A DNA stretch of 50,328 nucleotides. It comes from a virus. Below are positions 16,427-24,404 of the stretch, one piece after another. Every line of letters begins with the position of its first letter. The first letter of the stretch is position 1. The translations under genes were made by a program, and so were the position numbers. The notes below the pieces were generated by a model, which was not told the DNA's origin, did not search any database, and worked only from the letters and a program-made list of their open reading frames with translations. The DNA lies in IMG/VR virus record IMGVR_UViG_3300024259_000003. One strand, given 5' to 3'.

Positions 16427-16629
16427 AAGACGGTGAACTGGTTGACTTCAAGACACTGCATGCCATCGCGAAAGGGTGTAAATTGAGCGGGCTGATCGTA
16501 CTGGCGGTTAAAGATGATGCTGTCATTGATCTGAAGTTCTTGTCAAACGGGACGGAAACCCTCGACGTTGAAAAGATGGCCATTACCTTCGGTCTGCTCG
16601 TTGATAATCCGGAGGTGGTACTAAACTAA
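16423..16629 (+). CDS. Hypothetical protein
   Basis: ORF overlaps both neighbours. Confidence 0.4.
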   Translation: MKDGELVDFKTLHAIAKGCKLSGLIVLAVKDDAVIDLKFLSNGTETLDVEKMAITFGLLVDNPEVVLN

Positions 16630-16817
16630 TGATAATGCACAACATGAAAGAAATCGTTTTATCGCTTGCTATTGCAGCGGGATTCGATTATTATATAAGA
16701 GCGATCACTATATTAAATTCCGAGAACAAGTTTGTATTAACTCCCTTTTTTCGTACATCCCTCTCGGAGATGATCGCGGCGAAATCAGGGAGTTTTTCTT
16801 TTGGAGGGACATTGTGA
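16629..16817 (+). CDS. Hypothetical small protein
   Basis: ORF only. Confidence 0.35.
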   Translation: MIMHNMKEIVLSLAIAAGFDYYIRAITILNSENKFVLTPFFRTSLSEMIAAKSGSFSFGGTL

Positions 16818-16841
16818 TTATTCACGGATGGCGAGCAACTA

Positions 16842-17678
16842 ATGGCTCTTAACTCACTTTATTCTAATAAAAAATTCTTAAGGCTTATTAGGGATCTCGG
16901 CATATCTAAGGCTCAAACGCTTGGTCATCTTGAGCTGCTATGGCACTCGACATATTCGAACTGTGACCCCAATGTGGGTGACTTTATTGATATCGAGGTC
17001 GCTGCCGAATGGGAGGGTGAGTGCGGTGATTTCGCTAAAGCGTTAGAGACAAGAGGATTTATTGATAGAATTGGAGATTCAGACGAGTACGAAATTCATC
17101 AATGGAGTGAACATGCACCTCCCTATATCAAGCGAAAATTGCTAAGACAAAAGCCGTCATCGGTTAACAAATGTCCGACACTGACCGACAATTGTAAACC
17201 ATCGGTAAATAAAAGTGAACCTGAAGTGAAGAGAATAGAAGAGAAAGGAATAGAAGAGAAACAAACAACCGACTCCTCTGATTCTCAATCAAAACCCAAA
17301 TGGGATGAGTCAGAACATGATTCTTCGGTTGTGGCGATAGCAAGGCACTGGATAGATACTGTAATAAAAAAACGGTATCCCGGATCTAACTTTGAACTCA
17401 GGACTCAGGTTGATGCAATCGAAACTCTGATGAAACGGAGAGATTTTATCAATGCCGGTTATGATATCGAGACGATCAGGGAAGTATTGAAATATTTGAA
17501 GCGCGACGATATCGAGGAGATCCTAAAAGAGAACCATCGATCGATCGGATCTCTTCTGAAATTTTGGGAAGGGCGGGGCCGAATACAGTTTTATGAGATT
17601 CTTGACAAATCCCGGGGAGGTACGGATCTTTTATCTCCGCCAGTTAAGTCAGTCAATAAAATAATGACAACGAGGTAA
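16842..17678 (+). CDS. Putative replication initiator / replisome organiser
   Basis: Sits immediately upstream of the DnaC-like loader. Has an N-terminal winged-helix-like region and an acidic/Ser-rich linker. Assignment is by position only. Confidence 0.3.
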   Translation: MALNSLYSNKKFLRLIRDLGISKAQTLGHLELLWHSTYSNCDPNVGDFIDIEVAAEWEGECGDFAKALETRGFIDRIGDSDEYEIHQWSEHAPPYIKRKLLRQKPSSVNKCPTLTDNCKPSVNKSEPEVKRIEEKGIEEKQTTDSSDSQSKPKWDESEHDSSVVAIARHWIDTVIKKRYPGSNFELRTQVDAIETLMKRRDFINAGYDIETIREVLKYLKRDDIEEILKENHRSIGSLLKFWEGRGRIQFYEILDKSRGGTDLLSPPVKSVNKIMTTR

Positions 17679-17681
17679 TCT

Positions 17682-18266
17682 ATGAGTATTCACCAGATTC
17701 ACCAGCAAATGATGATCCCGCAGGTTTACCGGGGTTACACGATCAAGGACTTTAACGAATACAATGGTCGCTGGACCCCTGATGATGTCGCGAAATTTCA
17801 TCAACTCATCATTCAGTCAACTCACAATCGAAAAAATCTCGGTCTCTGCTCAACTAAGACGAAGCATGGAAAAACGATGTTAGCTGTTGCTTGGTTGACT
17901 GAGCTGTGGATTACTGACACGATTCATCACACTTGGAAAGATGAACCCGAACGCAGATTCCCATCGCTGTATAGATTCATCGACTGCACCGATCAGGGCG
18001 AGTTCGAGCAAGGGTTTGAGGCTGCCAAGCACTTCAAGGCTTTGACCAATAGCGCACGAGGGATCGTACTGGATGACTTAGGTCGCGAAGGGAAGTTCGC
18101 ATCGGATTGGTTTATGAGGATTATTTACTGGTGCCACAAGCGCGGTGTCCCGATCATGGTCACATCTAACATGCTCTCCGCGAAATTAGAATCACATTAC
18201 GGTCCGAACGTGATCAGGAGAATTGATGATAACGGGCTGATCGTTGACATGGAGGTTAAGGGATGA
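17682..18266 (+). CDS. DnaC/IstB-like AAA+ helicase loader
   Basis: Walker A TKTKHGKT; Walker B GIVLDDLGRE; about 190 aa. Confidence 0.55.
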   Translation: MSIHQIHQQMMIPQVYRGYTIKDFNEYNGRWTPDDVAKFHQLIIQSTHNRKNLGLCSTKTKHGKTMLAVAWLTELWITDTIHHTWKDEPERRFPSLYRFIDCTDQGEFEQGFEAAKHFKALTNSARGIVLDDLGREGKFASDWFMRIIYWCHKRGVPIMVTSNMLSAKLESHYGPNVIRRIDDNGLIVDMEVKG

Positions 18267-18976
18267 ATCACCTTGATTTGTTCACTGGCATCATGGGGTT
18301 TTCTATCGCAGCGCATCTCGCAGGGATAAAGACAGTTGCTGTATCGGAAATTGAACCCTACTGCTGCGAGCTGATCAAACTCAGGATGCCGGGGGTGCAG
18401 AATCTTGGGGATATTAAAAACTATGAGGAGTGGGCGATAGATGAGCCAATTGACATTATTACCGCCTCGCCTCCGTGTCAGCCATTCTCGGTTGCGGGGA
18501 AGCAAGCAGGGAAATCAGATGACCGAAATCTCTGGAAAGAAACTGTCGGAACTGCTATCAAGTTCAACGCCGATTGGATCATTATTGAAAATGTTGTTGG
18601 AATCGTCAAGATGGTTCTCGATGAGTGGATTGATGACTTGGAGAGTGTCGGTTACGAAGTCGGGACGATTGATATACAAGCTGCTTGTGTCGGGCTACCA
18701 ACGGTGGAACGGCACATTTGGATTATTGCCTCGTCCAACGGCATCAGACAAAAAAGGGGCATCTGCAAAGAGATTCAGAGAATCGGAACACAGTCATGGG
18801 AATTTCCGCGAGGTGATCAGGGAGAAACACAGCGATGGTCAATACCCGAGAGCAGAGTACGTCGAGTGGGTGAAGGGTTTTCCGGAGAAATGGACAGAGT
18901 TAAAGCACTCGGGAACGCTATCCCACCTCAGATTGCCTATGAAATAATGAGTTCCATAATGGAGGTTAACCAATGA
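18263..18976 (+). CDS. Compact DNA (cytosine-5)-methyltransferase
   Basis: Motif I DLFTGIMGFS, motif IV SPPCQPFSVAG, motif VI IIIENVVG, motif VIII GLPTVERHIWIIA, motif X RVKALGNAIPPQIA. Only 237 aa, so the target-recognition region is very short. Confidence 0.85.
   Translation: MNHLDLFTGIMGFSIAAHLAGIKTVAVSEIEPYCCELIKLRMPGVQNLGDIKNYEEWAIDEPIDIITASPPCQPFSVAGKQAGKSDDRNLWKETVGTAIKFNADWIIIENVVGIVKMVLDEWIDDLESVGYEVGTIDIQAACVGLPTVERHIWIIASSNGIRQKRGICKEIQRIGTQSWEFPRGDQGETQRWSIPESRVRRVGEGFSGEMDRVKALGNAIPPQIAYEIMSSIMEVNQ
18441..18947 (+). CDS. 168-codon alternative-frame (+1) ORF entirely inside the C5-MTase gene; possible overprinted gene or frameshift partner
   Basis: It is the longest same-strand ORF in this window that lies wholly inside another gene. 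Its translation contains ...SELLSSSTPIGSLLKMLLESS.W...TWRVSVTKSGRL...GLLPRPTASDKKG...EYVEWVKGFPEKWTEL. GGAG lies 10 nt before ATG 18441. Confidence 0.3.
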   Translation: MSQLTLLPPRLRVSHSRLRGSKQGNQMTEISGKKLSELLSSSTPIGSLLKMLLESSRWFSMSGLMTWRVSVTKSGRLIYKLLVSGYQRWNGTFGLLPRPTASDKKGASAKRFRESEHSHGNFREVIREKHSDGQYPRAEYVEWVKGFPEKWTELKHSGTLSHLRLPMK

Positions 18977-19197
18977 CATTTAGAAGATTCAGGCATGAGA
19001 GGATAGAGCGATTCGTGACTAAAGTGGACGGAACGATGCACGTCTATGAGCGGGTTGAGTTGATCCCGGAACATGCCGAGGGAAGAGACGGGCTTGTCAA
19101 GTGGTGTCGGTGTCGGTGGTATGGTCGCATCAGAATATTTGGGTCCGACGCGATAAGCAAACTTGAGATGTTAAGAATAGGAGATACTCCATTTTGA
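18973..19197 (+). CDS. Hypothetical protein
   Basis: ORF, ATGA overlap with the MTase gene. Confidence 0.4.
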   Translation: MTFRRFRHERIERFVTKVDGTMHVYERVELIPEHAEGRDGLVKWCRCRWYGRIRIFGSDAISKLEMLRIGDTPF

Positions 19198-19571
19198 ATA
19201 TATCCGTTCCAAGAAATCATCGCGATATAATGTTCGCGTTGCTACAAAAGGAATTGATAATCAACGTCTATGATATATTTGTTCCTAATCAGCCTTATGA
19301 TCCAAGTAAAGAGGGATACACGTTGAATCGTTTCAATATAGGTGATATTGAAACATCGACCAAGACGTTTGAAAATGTATGTCACCTCGGTTATATAAAA
19401 TCGGATCTCGTTATCGATGAGAATGACCAGACAGTGAGAGGAATTGACCTTGCTGTGAAGGCGGGTTTCTATAAATGTGGGTTGTCTAATCTTGGGGAAA
19501 AAATAATCAGATCATTCAGTAAAAGGGATCTGGAAAAAACTGGCACAGTCATATGTAGAGGGGTGGGGTAA
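19194..19571 (+). CDS. Hypothetical protein
   Basis: ORF (TTG start), overlaps both neighbours. Confidence 0.4.
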   Translation: MNISVPRNHRDIMFALLQKELIINVYDIFVPNQPYDPSKEGYTLNRFNIGDIETSTKTFENVCHLGYIKSDLVIDENDQTVRGIDLAVKAGFYKCGLSNLGEKIIRSFSKRDLEKTGTVICRGVG

Positions 19572-20284
19572 TGACAGAAGTCGAGCTTGGACGATGTATC
19601 TCAGATTGGTTACGAAGTGAGGGGTGGGATGTATATCAAGAGGTTAGTGCGGGATATGGTGGGGCGCGAGCTGATATTGTTGCAAGAAAGAAACGCCTGA
19701 TATGGGTGATTGAGCTTAAAACTTCAATGAGCTTAAAACTATTAGATCAGATAATCCCGTACAGGGAATTTGCGCATTTTATATCGATCGGATACATTAG
19801 TAAACATGGGCGATTGTCGGGCATACGGAATCGAAATGTTATGAATTATTTAAATTGCAGTCTTGGATTAGGGTGTTTCGGAGTAGAACCGGGAAGTGAT
19901 TATCAAGCTAGTTACGTCAGGGAGTATATTTCTCCTCGACATTACAGACCGCGCAATCCAGACGCTATAAATAAAGGTCTGTGTCCAGAGCACAAGAACA
20001 CTACTGATGCGGGATCAAATAAAGGTGGGTATCATACGCCATTTAGAGGTACTGTAAACACGTTGATTAATTATGTATCTTGCGTTCCGGGATGCACGAT
20101 TAAAGAAGCAATTGATTCAATCAATCATCACTACGCCAGTGATGCAACAGCAAAGGCATGTCTGTCTAAATTCATCGGAACTGATGTGATTCGTGACATT
20201 GTATTCGATGAAACGGTGAGACCGTACAAGCTTTATCTTAAAAAAGATTTTATCATTGGAAGCACAAAAGTGGAGAATAATTAG
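19571..20284 (+). CDS. PD-(D/E)XK nuclease-like protein (MmcB/Hjc-like) with a C-terminal extension
   Basis: E..(W..EGWDVYQEV)...ARADIVA...IWVIELKTS has the spacing of an E...D...ExK nuclease core. Confidence 0.4.
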   Translation: MTEVELGRCISDWLRSEGWDVYQEVSAGYGGARADIVARKKRLIWVIELKTSMSLKLLDQIIPYREFAHFISIGYISKHGRLSGIRNRNVMNYLNCSLGLGCFGVEPGSDYQASYVREYISPRHYRPRNPDAINKGLCPEHKNTTDAGSNKGGYHTPFRGTVNTLINYVSCVPGCTIKEAIDSINHHYASDATAKACLSKFIGTDVIRDIVFDETVRPYKLYLKKDFIIGSTKVENN

Positions 20285-20288
20285 CATA

Positions 20289-20510
20289 ATGAAGATCAAG
20301 AAAAAATCGCGGGAATCAACAACAACATTCACAGATGAGAAAGGCGGTGTATACGAGAGAAAATTATCTATTGGCGGTGAGATTACATGGTCAGATTGGG
20401 GTGTTGATAGCGACATGGTTTATCAATTCTTTCCAATAAAGTCTTTTGTGCTTATGACTGAGCTTGAGCGACAATATCAAGTAATCATTAAAGGAGAATC
20501 TAATGCCTAA
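20289..20510 (+). CDS. Hypothetical protein
   Basis: ORF; start uncertain (the track gives 20256). Confidence 0.35.
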   Translation: MKIKKKSRESTTTFTDEKGGVYERKLSIGGEITWSDWGVDSDMVYQFFPIKSFVLMTELERQYQVIIKGESNA

Positions 20511-20835
20511 TAATCCTTCAGTGCCGGAACTAACAACATCGCATCTCCAGATACTTGAGTTCGATGGCCTTTATTGCGACGGTCAATGTTGCTGCTCAAT
20601 AGAAAACATATCTCCGAACAATTGCATCAATGGGAGATGTAAGGCTGGTCACGCGATCCTCTGCATGCCGGATATGTGCGGGAAGCAGAGGATCATCGAT
20701 GGGATCGTCCGATCGGTCAGGCCTCGCTTATGCAAGGTTGACCAATGCCTCGGGATGGGTCATTCAGACAAAAAGCCCATGTGCAGGTTCATTGGACATT
20801 TTGTTCGAATCGAATCAAGGTGCGATGGTGAATGA
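20503..20835 (+). CDS. Cys-rich hypothetical protein (13 Cys in 110 aa)
   Basis: ORF; CDGQCCCS...C..GRCKAG...C..C pattern. Confidence 0.4.
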   Translation: MPNNPSVPELTTSHLQILEFDGLYCDGQCCCSIENISPNNCINGRCKAGHAILCMPDMCGKQRIIDGIVRSVRPRLCKVDQCLGMGHSDKKPMCRFIGHFVRIESRCDGE

Positions 20836-21094
20836 TTGCACCCTGACCGCTGAAGTCAACGAGTATCTGGAAATGATGGCAGACGAATTTAAATCCAAGC
20901 ATCAGGACTGGATTGAACTTGTCGAACAGTACATCAAAAGCAATCCAATTGGAGGATACAATCTATTTTCGATCAGGCGGAGTGTATACCGGAACGATAA
21001 AAAAGATTTGCACGGGGTCCTGAAGGTTCTGTACTCTCAAGGGATACTTGATCATTTTCTTAAATTTGTAAAGGAGGTGTCTAACAATGATTAA
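20825..21094 (+). CDS. Hypothetical protein
   Basis: ATG 20825 overlaps the upstream stop. The track ORF 20630..21094 is extended upstream through out-of-frame-looking sequence. Confidence 0.4.
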   Translation: MVNDCTLTAEVNEYLEMMADEFKSKHQDWIELVEQYIKSNPIGGYNLFSIRRSVYRNDKKDLHGVLKVLYSQGILDHFLKFVKEVSNND

Positions 21095-21236
21095 TCTCAG
21101 GGAGATCATTGGCGTTTCTATAATAATCCTCGGAGGCGGTTGTCTGGTGATGAGGATCGCTGAGGTGGTTATATTAAGCGCAAGAATTAGAAAAAATAAG
21201 TGTCGACTTCGGAAGATGCTTGAGGAGGATGTGTGA
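21087..21236 (+). CDS. Small membrane protein (49 aa; below the track cutoff)
   Basis: AGGAGG lies 9 nt before ATG 21087. Sequence is MINLREIIGVSIIILGGGCLVMRIAEVVILSARIRKNKCRLRKMLEEDV. Confidence 0.5.
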   Translation: MINLREIIGVSIIILGGGCLVMRIAEVVILSARIRKNKCRLRKMLEEDV

Positions 21237-21247
21237 AATATTTAATA

Positions 21248-21397
21248 ATGACCATCGTTGTTGTAGCTCTTGCTATTGTGTCAGTTTCTCTAGAGCAGAA
21301 TACACGAATAGATAACAACACTTTTTTCAAAGGGTCTATTTGGGGAATTTTTATAATAATCACAACTTCTGCTCTTTGTGTTTGGATGGCATTGTGA
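21248..21397 (+). CDS. Small two-TM membrane protein (49 aa; below the track cutoff)
   Basis: MTIVVVALAIVSVSLEQ...SIWGIFIIITTSALCVWMAL. Weak RBS. The stop overlaps GTG 21394 of the next gene. Confidence 0.35.
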   Translation: MTIVVVALAIVSVSLEQNTRIDNNTFFKGSIWGIFIIITTSALCVWMAL

Positions 21398-21861
21398 GTG
21401 TTGATAAGGATACCCTTAAATCATCGGTGAGTGAAGAAGTGCGCAGGATGAATCCCGGGCTGTTCGGTGATCCCGGACCAGTGAAAGAGCGATCGCGAGA
21501 GCTTGGAACTCATATTGATGTTCCAAAGAAAAAATCAACCAAGCGAGCTGACGGGTATAAATCACAACTCGAGGCTGACTATGCTGCTCGACTGAAGACA
21601 TTAGAGCTTGCTGGTATTGTTAAGCGGTGGAGATACGAACCTGTCAATATCCGGCTGGTCGACAAGAAAAAAGCTCAGAGTCATTACAATCCTGATTGGC
21701 TGGTTGAATACAATGACGGACGCTGGTTCTTTGATGAAACTAAGGGATATATGAGATCAACCGGGAGATTGAAGTTGTATTTAGCAGCAACAGACTTCCC
21801 GATGTTCAAGTTCAGGAAAGTGACTCGCGAAGATGGCGAGTGGAAAATTGTGGAAATTTAA
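21394..21861 (+). CDS. DUF1064-like protein (putative nuclease/resolvase fold)
   Basis: DGYKSQLEADYAARLKTLELAGIVKRWRYEP..I.L......YNPDWLVEYNDGRWFFDETKG follows the DUF1064 pattern (G..FdS.lEa.y...L......i......f.l.....Y.pDF.....dG....E.KG). Start uncertain (the track gives 21340). Confidence 0.5.
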   Translation: MSVDKDTLKSSVSEEVRRMNPGLFGDPGPVKERSRELGTHIDVPKKKSTKRADGYKSQLEADYAARLKTLELAGIVKRWRYEPVNIRLVDKKKAQSHYNPDWLVEYNDGRWFFDETKGYMRSTGRLKLYLAATDFPMFKFRKVTREDGEWKIVEI

Positions 21862-21876
21862 CAAAGTGAGGTCATT

Positions 21877-22104
21877 GTGGGAAATACTGAAAAAGTGGAA
21901 ATAGCTGAGGTGAGAAAGATTAAGGATGCTACGCTAAATTTTCTTATGAATGAACATGATTATGATGGAATAGTTGTGCTTGGATTTAAGATCGATGGCG
22001 AAAACGCAAACTGCGCGATTCAGGCATTTGGAAAGAGTGAAAATGACAATAGCAAAAGAATGCAGAATATTGTCGAAAAAATCACCAATGCGATGACTGA
22101 TTAG
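21877..22104 (+). CDS. Hypothetical protein
   Basis: ORF (GTG start after gtgagg). Confidence 0.4.
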   Translation: MGNTEKVEIAEVRKIKDATLNFLMNEHDYDGIVVLGFKIDGENANCAIQAFGKSENDNSKRMQNIVEKITNAMTD

Positions 22105-22150
22105 TAAATTCACAGCAACAGGCTTGCAGCGTTGCTGGTACGCTAAAGAG

Positions 22151-22190
22151 AAACGCCCCAAGATGTATAAGTTATCATCTTGGGGCGTTT
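22151..22190. terminator. Bidirectional terminator hairpin between the convergent + and - blocks
   Basis: A perfect 15-bp stem, aaacgccccaagatg (22151-22165) with catcttggggcgttt (22176-22190), and a 10-nt loop. A-rich before and T-rich after. Confidence 0.75.
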
Positions 22191-22206
22191 GTTCGTTACA
22201 ATCGAT

Positions 22207-22443
22207 TTATACGCGATTGTCTGCGGTTTTGATTTTCTTGTTCAACTTGCTTCCGAAAGTGTCGAGCGTGATGCGATCGATCTCCTCCGGGTGCGATTCG
22301 TTGATATGATTAAGCACTCCACTGATCGTTGCAAATTGCTTCCCGCATGACTTACAAAAGTACGGGAGCGGTTCTTTAACATCAAGGCCGCTGATTGTGT
22401 AGGTCTGTCGATATCTATCAAATGAAAGTTTATTATTGTCCAC
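22207..22443 (-). CDS. Classical C2H2 zinc-finger protein
   Basis: YFCKSCGKQFATISGVLNHINESH fits (F/Y)xCx2Cx3Fx5(L/V)x2Hx4H exactly. Confidence 0.6.
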   Translation of the reverse strand: MDNNKLSFDRYRQTYTISGLDVKEPLPYFCKSCGKQFATISGVLNHINESHPEEIDRITLDTFGSKLNKKIKTADNRV

Positions 22444-22588
22444 CGAACCCTCCGGATTTAATCAAATAGATTATAGTGATTGCGGTGAGTATGCTCGGAA
22501 GTAATAACCAGAACATAATCACAGTCTTTCCCCATCGTTCCCGCCTTTTCCATCCGGGCGATCCTCGGATATAATCGAATCGATACAT
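22433..22588 (-). CDS. Small membrane protein (51 aa; below the track cutoff)
   Basis: MYRFDYIRGSPGWKRRERWGKTVIMFWLLLPSILTAITIIYLIKSGGFGGQ. TAATG coupling to the upstream gene, and an 11-nt overlap with the downstream GTG start. Confidence 0.45.
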   Translation of the reverse strand: MYRFDYIRGSPGWKRRERWGKTVIMFWLLLPSILTAITIIYLIKSGGFGGQ

Positions 22589-22809
22589 TATATTTTCACC
22601 TTTGCTTTGTATTCTGCTTCAAGCGCGAGTATCTCCTTCCACTTGTAAGGTCTCCTTGTCCCTGTTCCCTTGATCCATCTCCACATTGTCGATCTAGACA
22701 CATCCAACCGATCAGCAAAAATGTCCTGTGCGCTTTTGGTGTCAACATCGTGATATTTTGCGATCCGATCAACAGTGTCGACTATCTTCTTTCTCCAGTT
22801 TATTGTCAT
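22588..22809 (-). CDS. Helix-turn-helix DNA-binding protein
   Basis: FADRLDVSRSTMWRWIKG is a typical HTH segment (excisionase/MerR/terminase-small style). Confidence 0.55.
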   Translation of the reverse strand: MTINWRKKIVDTVDRIAKYHDVDTKSAQDIFADRLDVSRSTMWRWIKGTGTRRPYKWKEILALEAEYKAKVKI

Positions 22810-22810
22810 A

Positions 22811-23155
22811 TCAGTATCCCATCGATCCCGCGAAATGATCGCGCTGTGAACTTTTAACCTTTTCCCAAGCAGGGTAGACGTTGCTCTGATGATTTATCGC
22901 ATCGAGACAATCAATCCGGCATTGTGATTCGTGATAACTTTCAAGCTTGCCATCACAATCAACTCCTCCTGTCATAGAATACCGCTCGATAACTCCCCAC
23001 TCGCGATATATCCATGTCTCAGACTCTTCGCTCCATCCTTCATCTGTATAGAAGAAGCGGTAATGCTCCAGCGTTTGACCCGGCTCGATGGTCAGCGTGA
23101 CAACATCCATATTAACAAAGTGGTTGAACCTTACATTAGGGAGATTGTTTCTCAT
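22811..23155 (-). CDS. Hypothetical protein
   Basis: ORF with an SD (ggaggtcagaaATG). The C-terminus ...SQRDHFAGSMGY resembles tails I recall from uncharacterised plasmid/phage proteins. Confidence 0.45.
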   Translation of the reverse strand: MRNNLPNVRFNHFVNMDVVTLTIEPGQTLEHYRFFYTDEGWSEESETWIYREWGVIERYSMTGGVDCDGKLESYHESQCRIDCLDAINHQSNVYPAWEKVKSSQRDHFAGSMGY

Positions 23156-23276
23156 TTCTGACCTCCATTTTTAAGACGTTAATTTATTAGCTTCCTAATT
23201 ATCCCGCTTCACAGCCGCGACACTGATCATCAACGGGATATTCACCCGGGTGCCATCCGGGATCATCAGTTAGGAA

Positions 23277-23897
23277 TTAAAAGTTGTAATCATAAAACTC
23301 GTATCTGCCGTGCGAGACTGATCCGAAACCCTTATGCTGTCCCTTCAATCTGAACCGCTTTTCGCTCGGTCTCCAAGTGCATTCGAATTTCTCACCTCCA
23401 AGATCCCTGGCGTAGTCATATTTGAGTTCGCTTTGGTTAGTGCAGTGTCCGGCAAACCCTCCTGATACGAATTCAGGATTGTTCCCCGGCTGATCCTTCA
23501 GCGTTGCTCTGTCCCGCTGAAGGATCAGTCTGGATTTCGATACGTCAATCACTGTGCATGCGACTGAATCAGATCCTCGCTGGATCGTTGCGCCTGCTCC
23601 TATCTTAAATGGCTGCGGGAGTGTGAACCTCGGTACGAAGCAATCTTTTAGCTTCCCTGTTTCGCGATCGATGTGGCAAGCGATACCTCTGACATCGTGA
23701 TAAACATCTGATATGCTGTTAGATGTTACCATCGCGTCAAGATCGAGTTTGTGGTGATTCAGGTGGCAAGCTATAATATCCATTCTCAGCTTTGGGATAT
23801 CAATGTCAATTTTAAGCTTCTTAAAAATTGGTTCTGATCTCTCGACGATCTGGTCGACCAGTTGATATTCTTTTTTACTTCCGTTCCAATCTATCAT
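23277..23897 (-). CDS. Hypothetical protein (two-part; plasmid/phage accessory type)
   Basis: ORF preceded by taaaggggtcggaaATG. Contains ...DIIACHLNHHKLDLDAM...YHDVRGIACHIDRETGKL.DCFVPRF... and ends in ...YDYNF. Confidence 0.45.
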   Translation of the reverse strand: MIDWNGSKKEYQLVDQIVERSEPIFKKLKIDIDIPKLRMDIIACHLNHHKLDLDAMVTSNSISDVYHDVRGIACHIDRETGKLKDCFVPRFTLPQPFKIGAGATIQRGSDSVACTVIDVSKSRLILQRDRATLKDQPGNNPEFVSGGFAGHCTNQSELKYDYARDLGGEKFECTWRPSEKRFRLKGQHKGFGSVSHGRYEFYDYNF

Positions 23898-24219
23898 TTC
23901 CGACCCCTTTATTAAGTTGTGGTGTGTTTCCGGTTAGCGACTGATTGAATGTCATCTCGCGACCATTGGATGTGGTGATGACCTTTCTGAGTTGTGATGA
24001 TGGATACCACAGCCCAATCGGGACACCATAAGGTCGAACATAATAAGATGTGTCCTCCTCACAGTAATTGTCAAAAGGTTCAGATCCTATTCTAATCCCA
24101 CTTATTATTCCCTGTACAGGATCGATTGACATGTCCTCTTTTAGTGTCACAAATTCATAAAACGTGAATTTGGTTGTCATTTCATCTCCGATATTGTGAT
24201 TTGTTTCGATACGATCCAC
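23875..24219 (-). CDS. Hypothetical protein
   Basis: ORF only. Confidence 0.4.
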   Translation of the reverse strand: MDRIETNHNIGDEMTTKFTFYEFVTLKEDMSIDPVQGIISGIRIGSEPFDNYCEEDTSYYVRPYGVPIGLWYPSSQLRKVITTSNGREMTFNQSLTGNTPQLNKGVGNDRLERK

Positions 24220-24404
24220 TCGCGGTCAAACGGCTTCTTGCCATCCATATGATCTCGGAGCGCGGTCGATGTTAAGATGTGGTCCCGTGCAGTCATTACC
24301 AGCTCACGAGTTGGATGATGCTGGTCGCTGAATTCATACTGGAAACCCTCATCCGGGATCTCCAGTATAACGTCAACTCTGAATGATTGTTTGATCTTCA
24401 TCAA
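24177..24404 (-). CDS. Hypothetical protein
   Basis: ORF only. Confidence 0.4.
   Translation of the reverse strand: MMKIKQSFRVDVILEIPDEGFQYEFSDQHHPTRELVMTARDHILTSTALRDHMDGKKPFDREWIVSKQITISEMK

Noticed and set aside
17233-17261. Two tandem 14-15-bp purine-rich repeats (gaatagaagagaaa) inside the putative replication-initiator gene, considered as origin iterons by analogy with lambda O
   Set aside because: There are only two short copies and no adjacent AT-rich unwinding region. They simply encode a repeated (R/G)IEEK peptide in an acidic linker. This is insufficient for an origin call.
20630-20824. N-terminal 65 codons of track ORF 20630..21094
   Set aside because: This part overlaps the Cys-rich ORF 20503..20835 and looks like off-frame sequence (Ser/Arg/Gly-rich). 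An ATG at 20825 overlapping the upstream stop gives a more plausible 89-aa gene.
23156-23276. 121-bp gap in the minus block with a gatcatca direct repeat, a cccgg/ccggg hairpin and a possible 22-codon ORF
   Set aside because: The hairpin is short and has no U-tract, the repeat is only 8 bp, and the mini-ORF has no RBS. Nothing here rises above chance.
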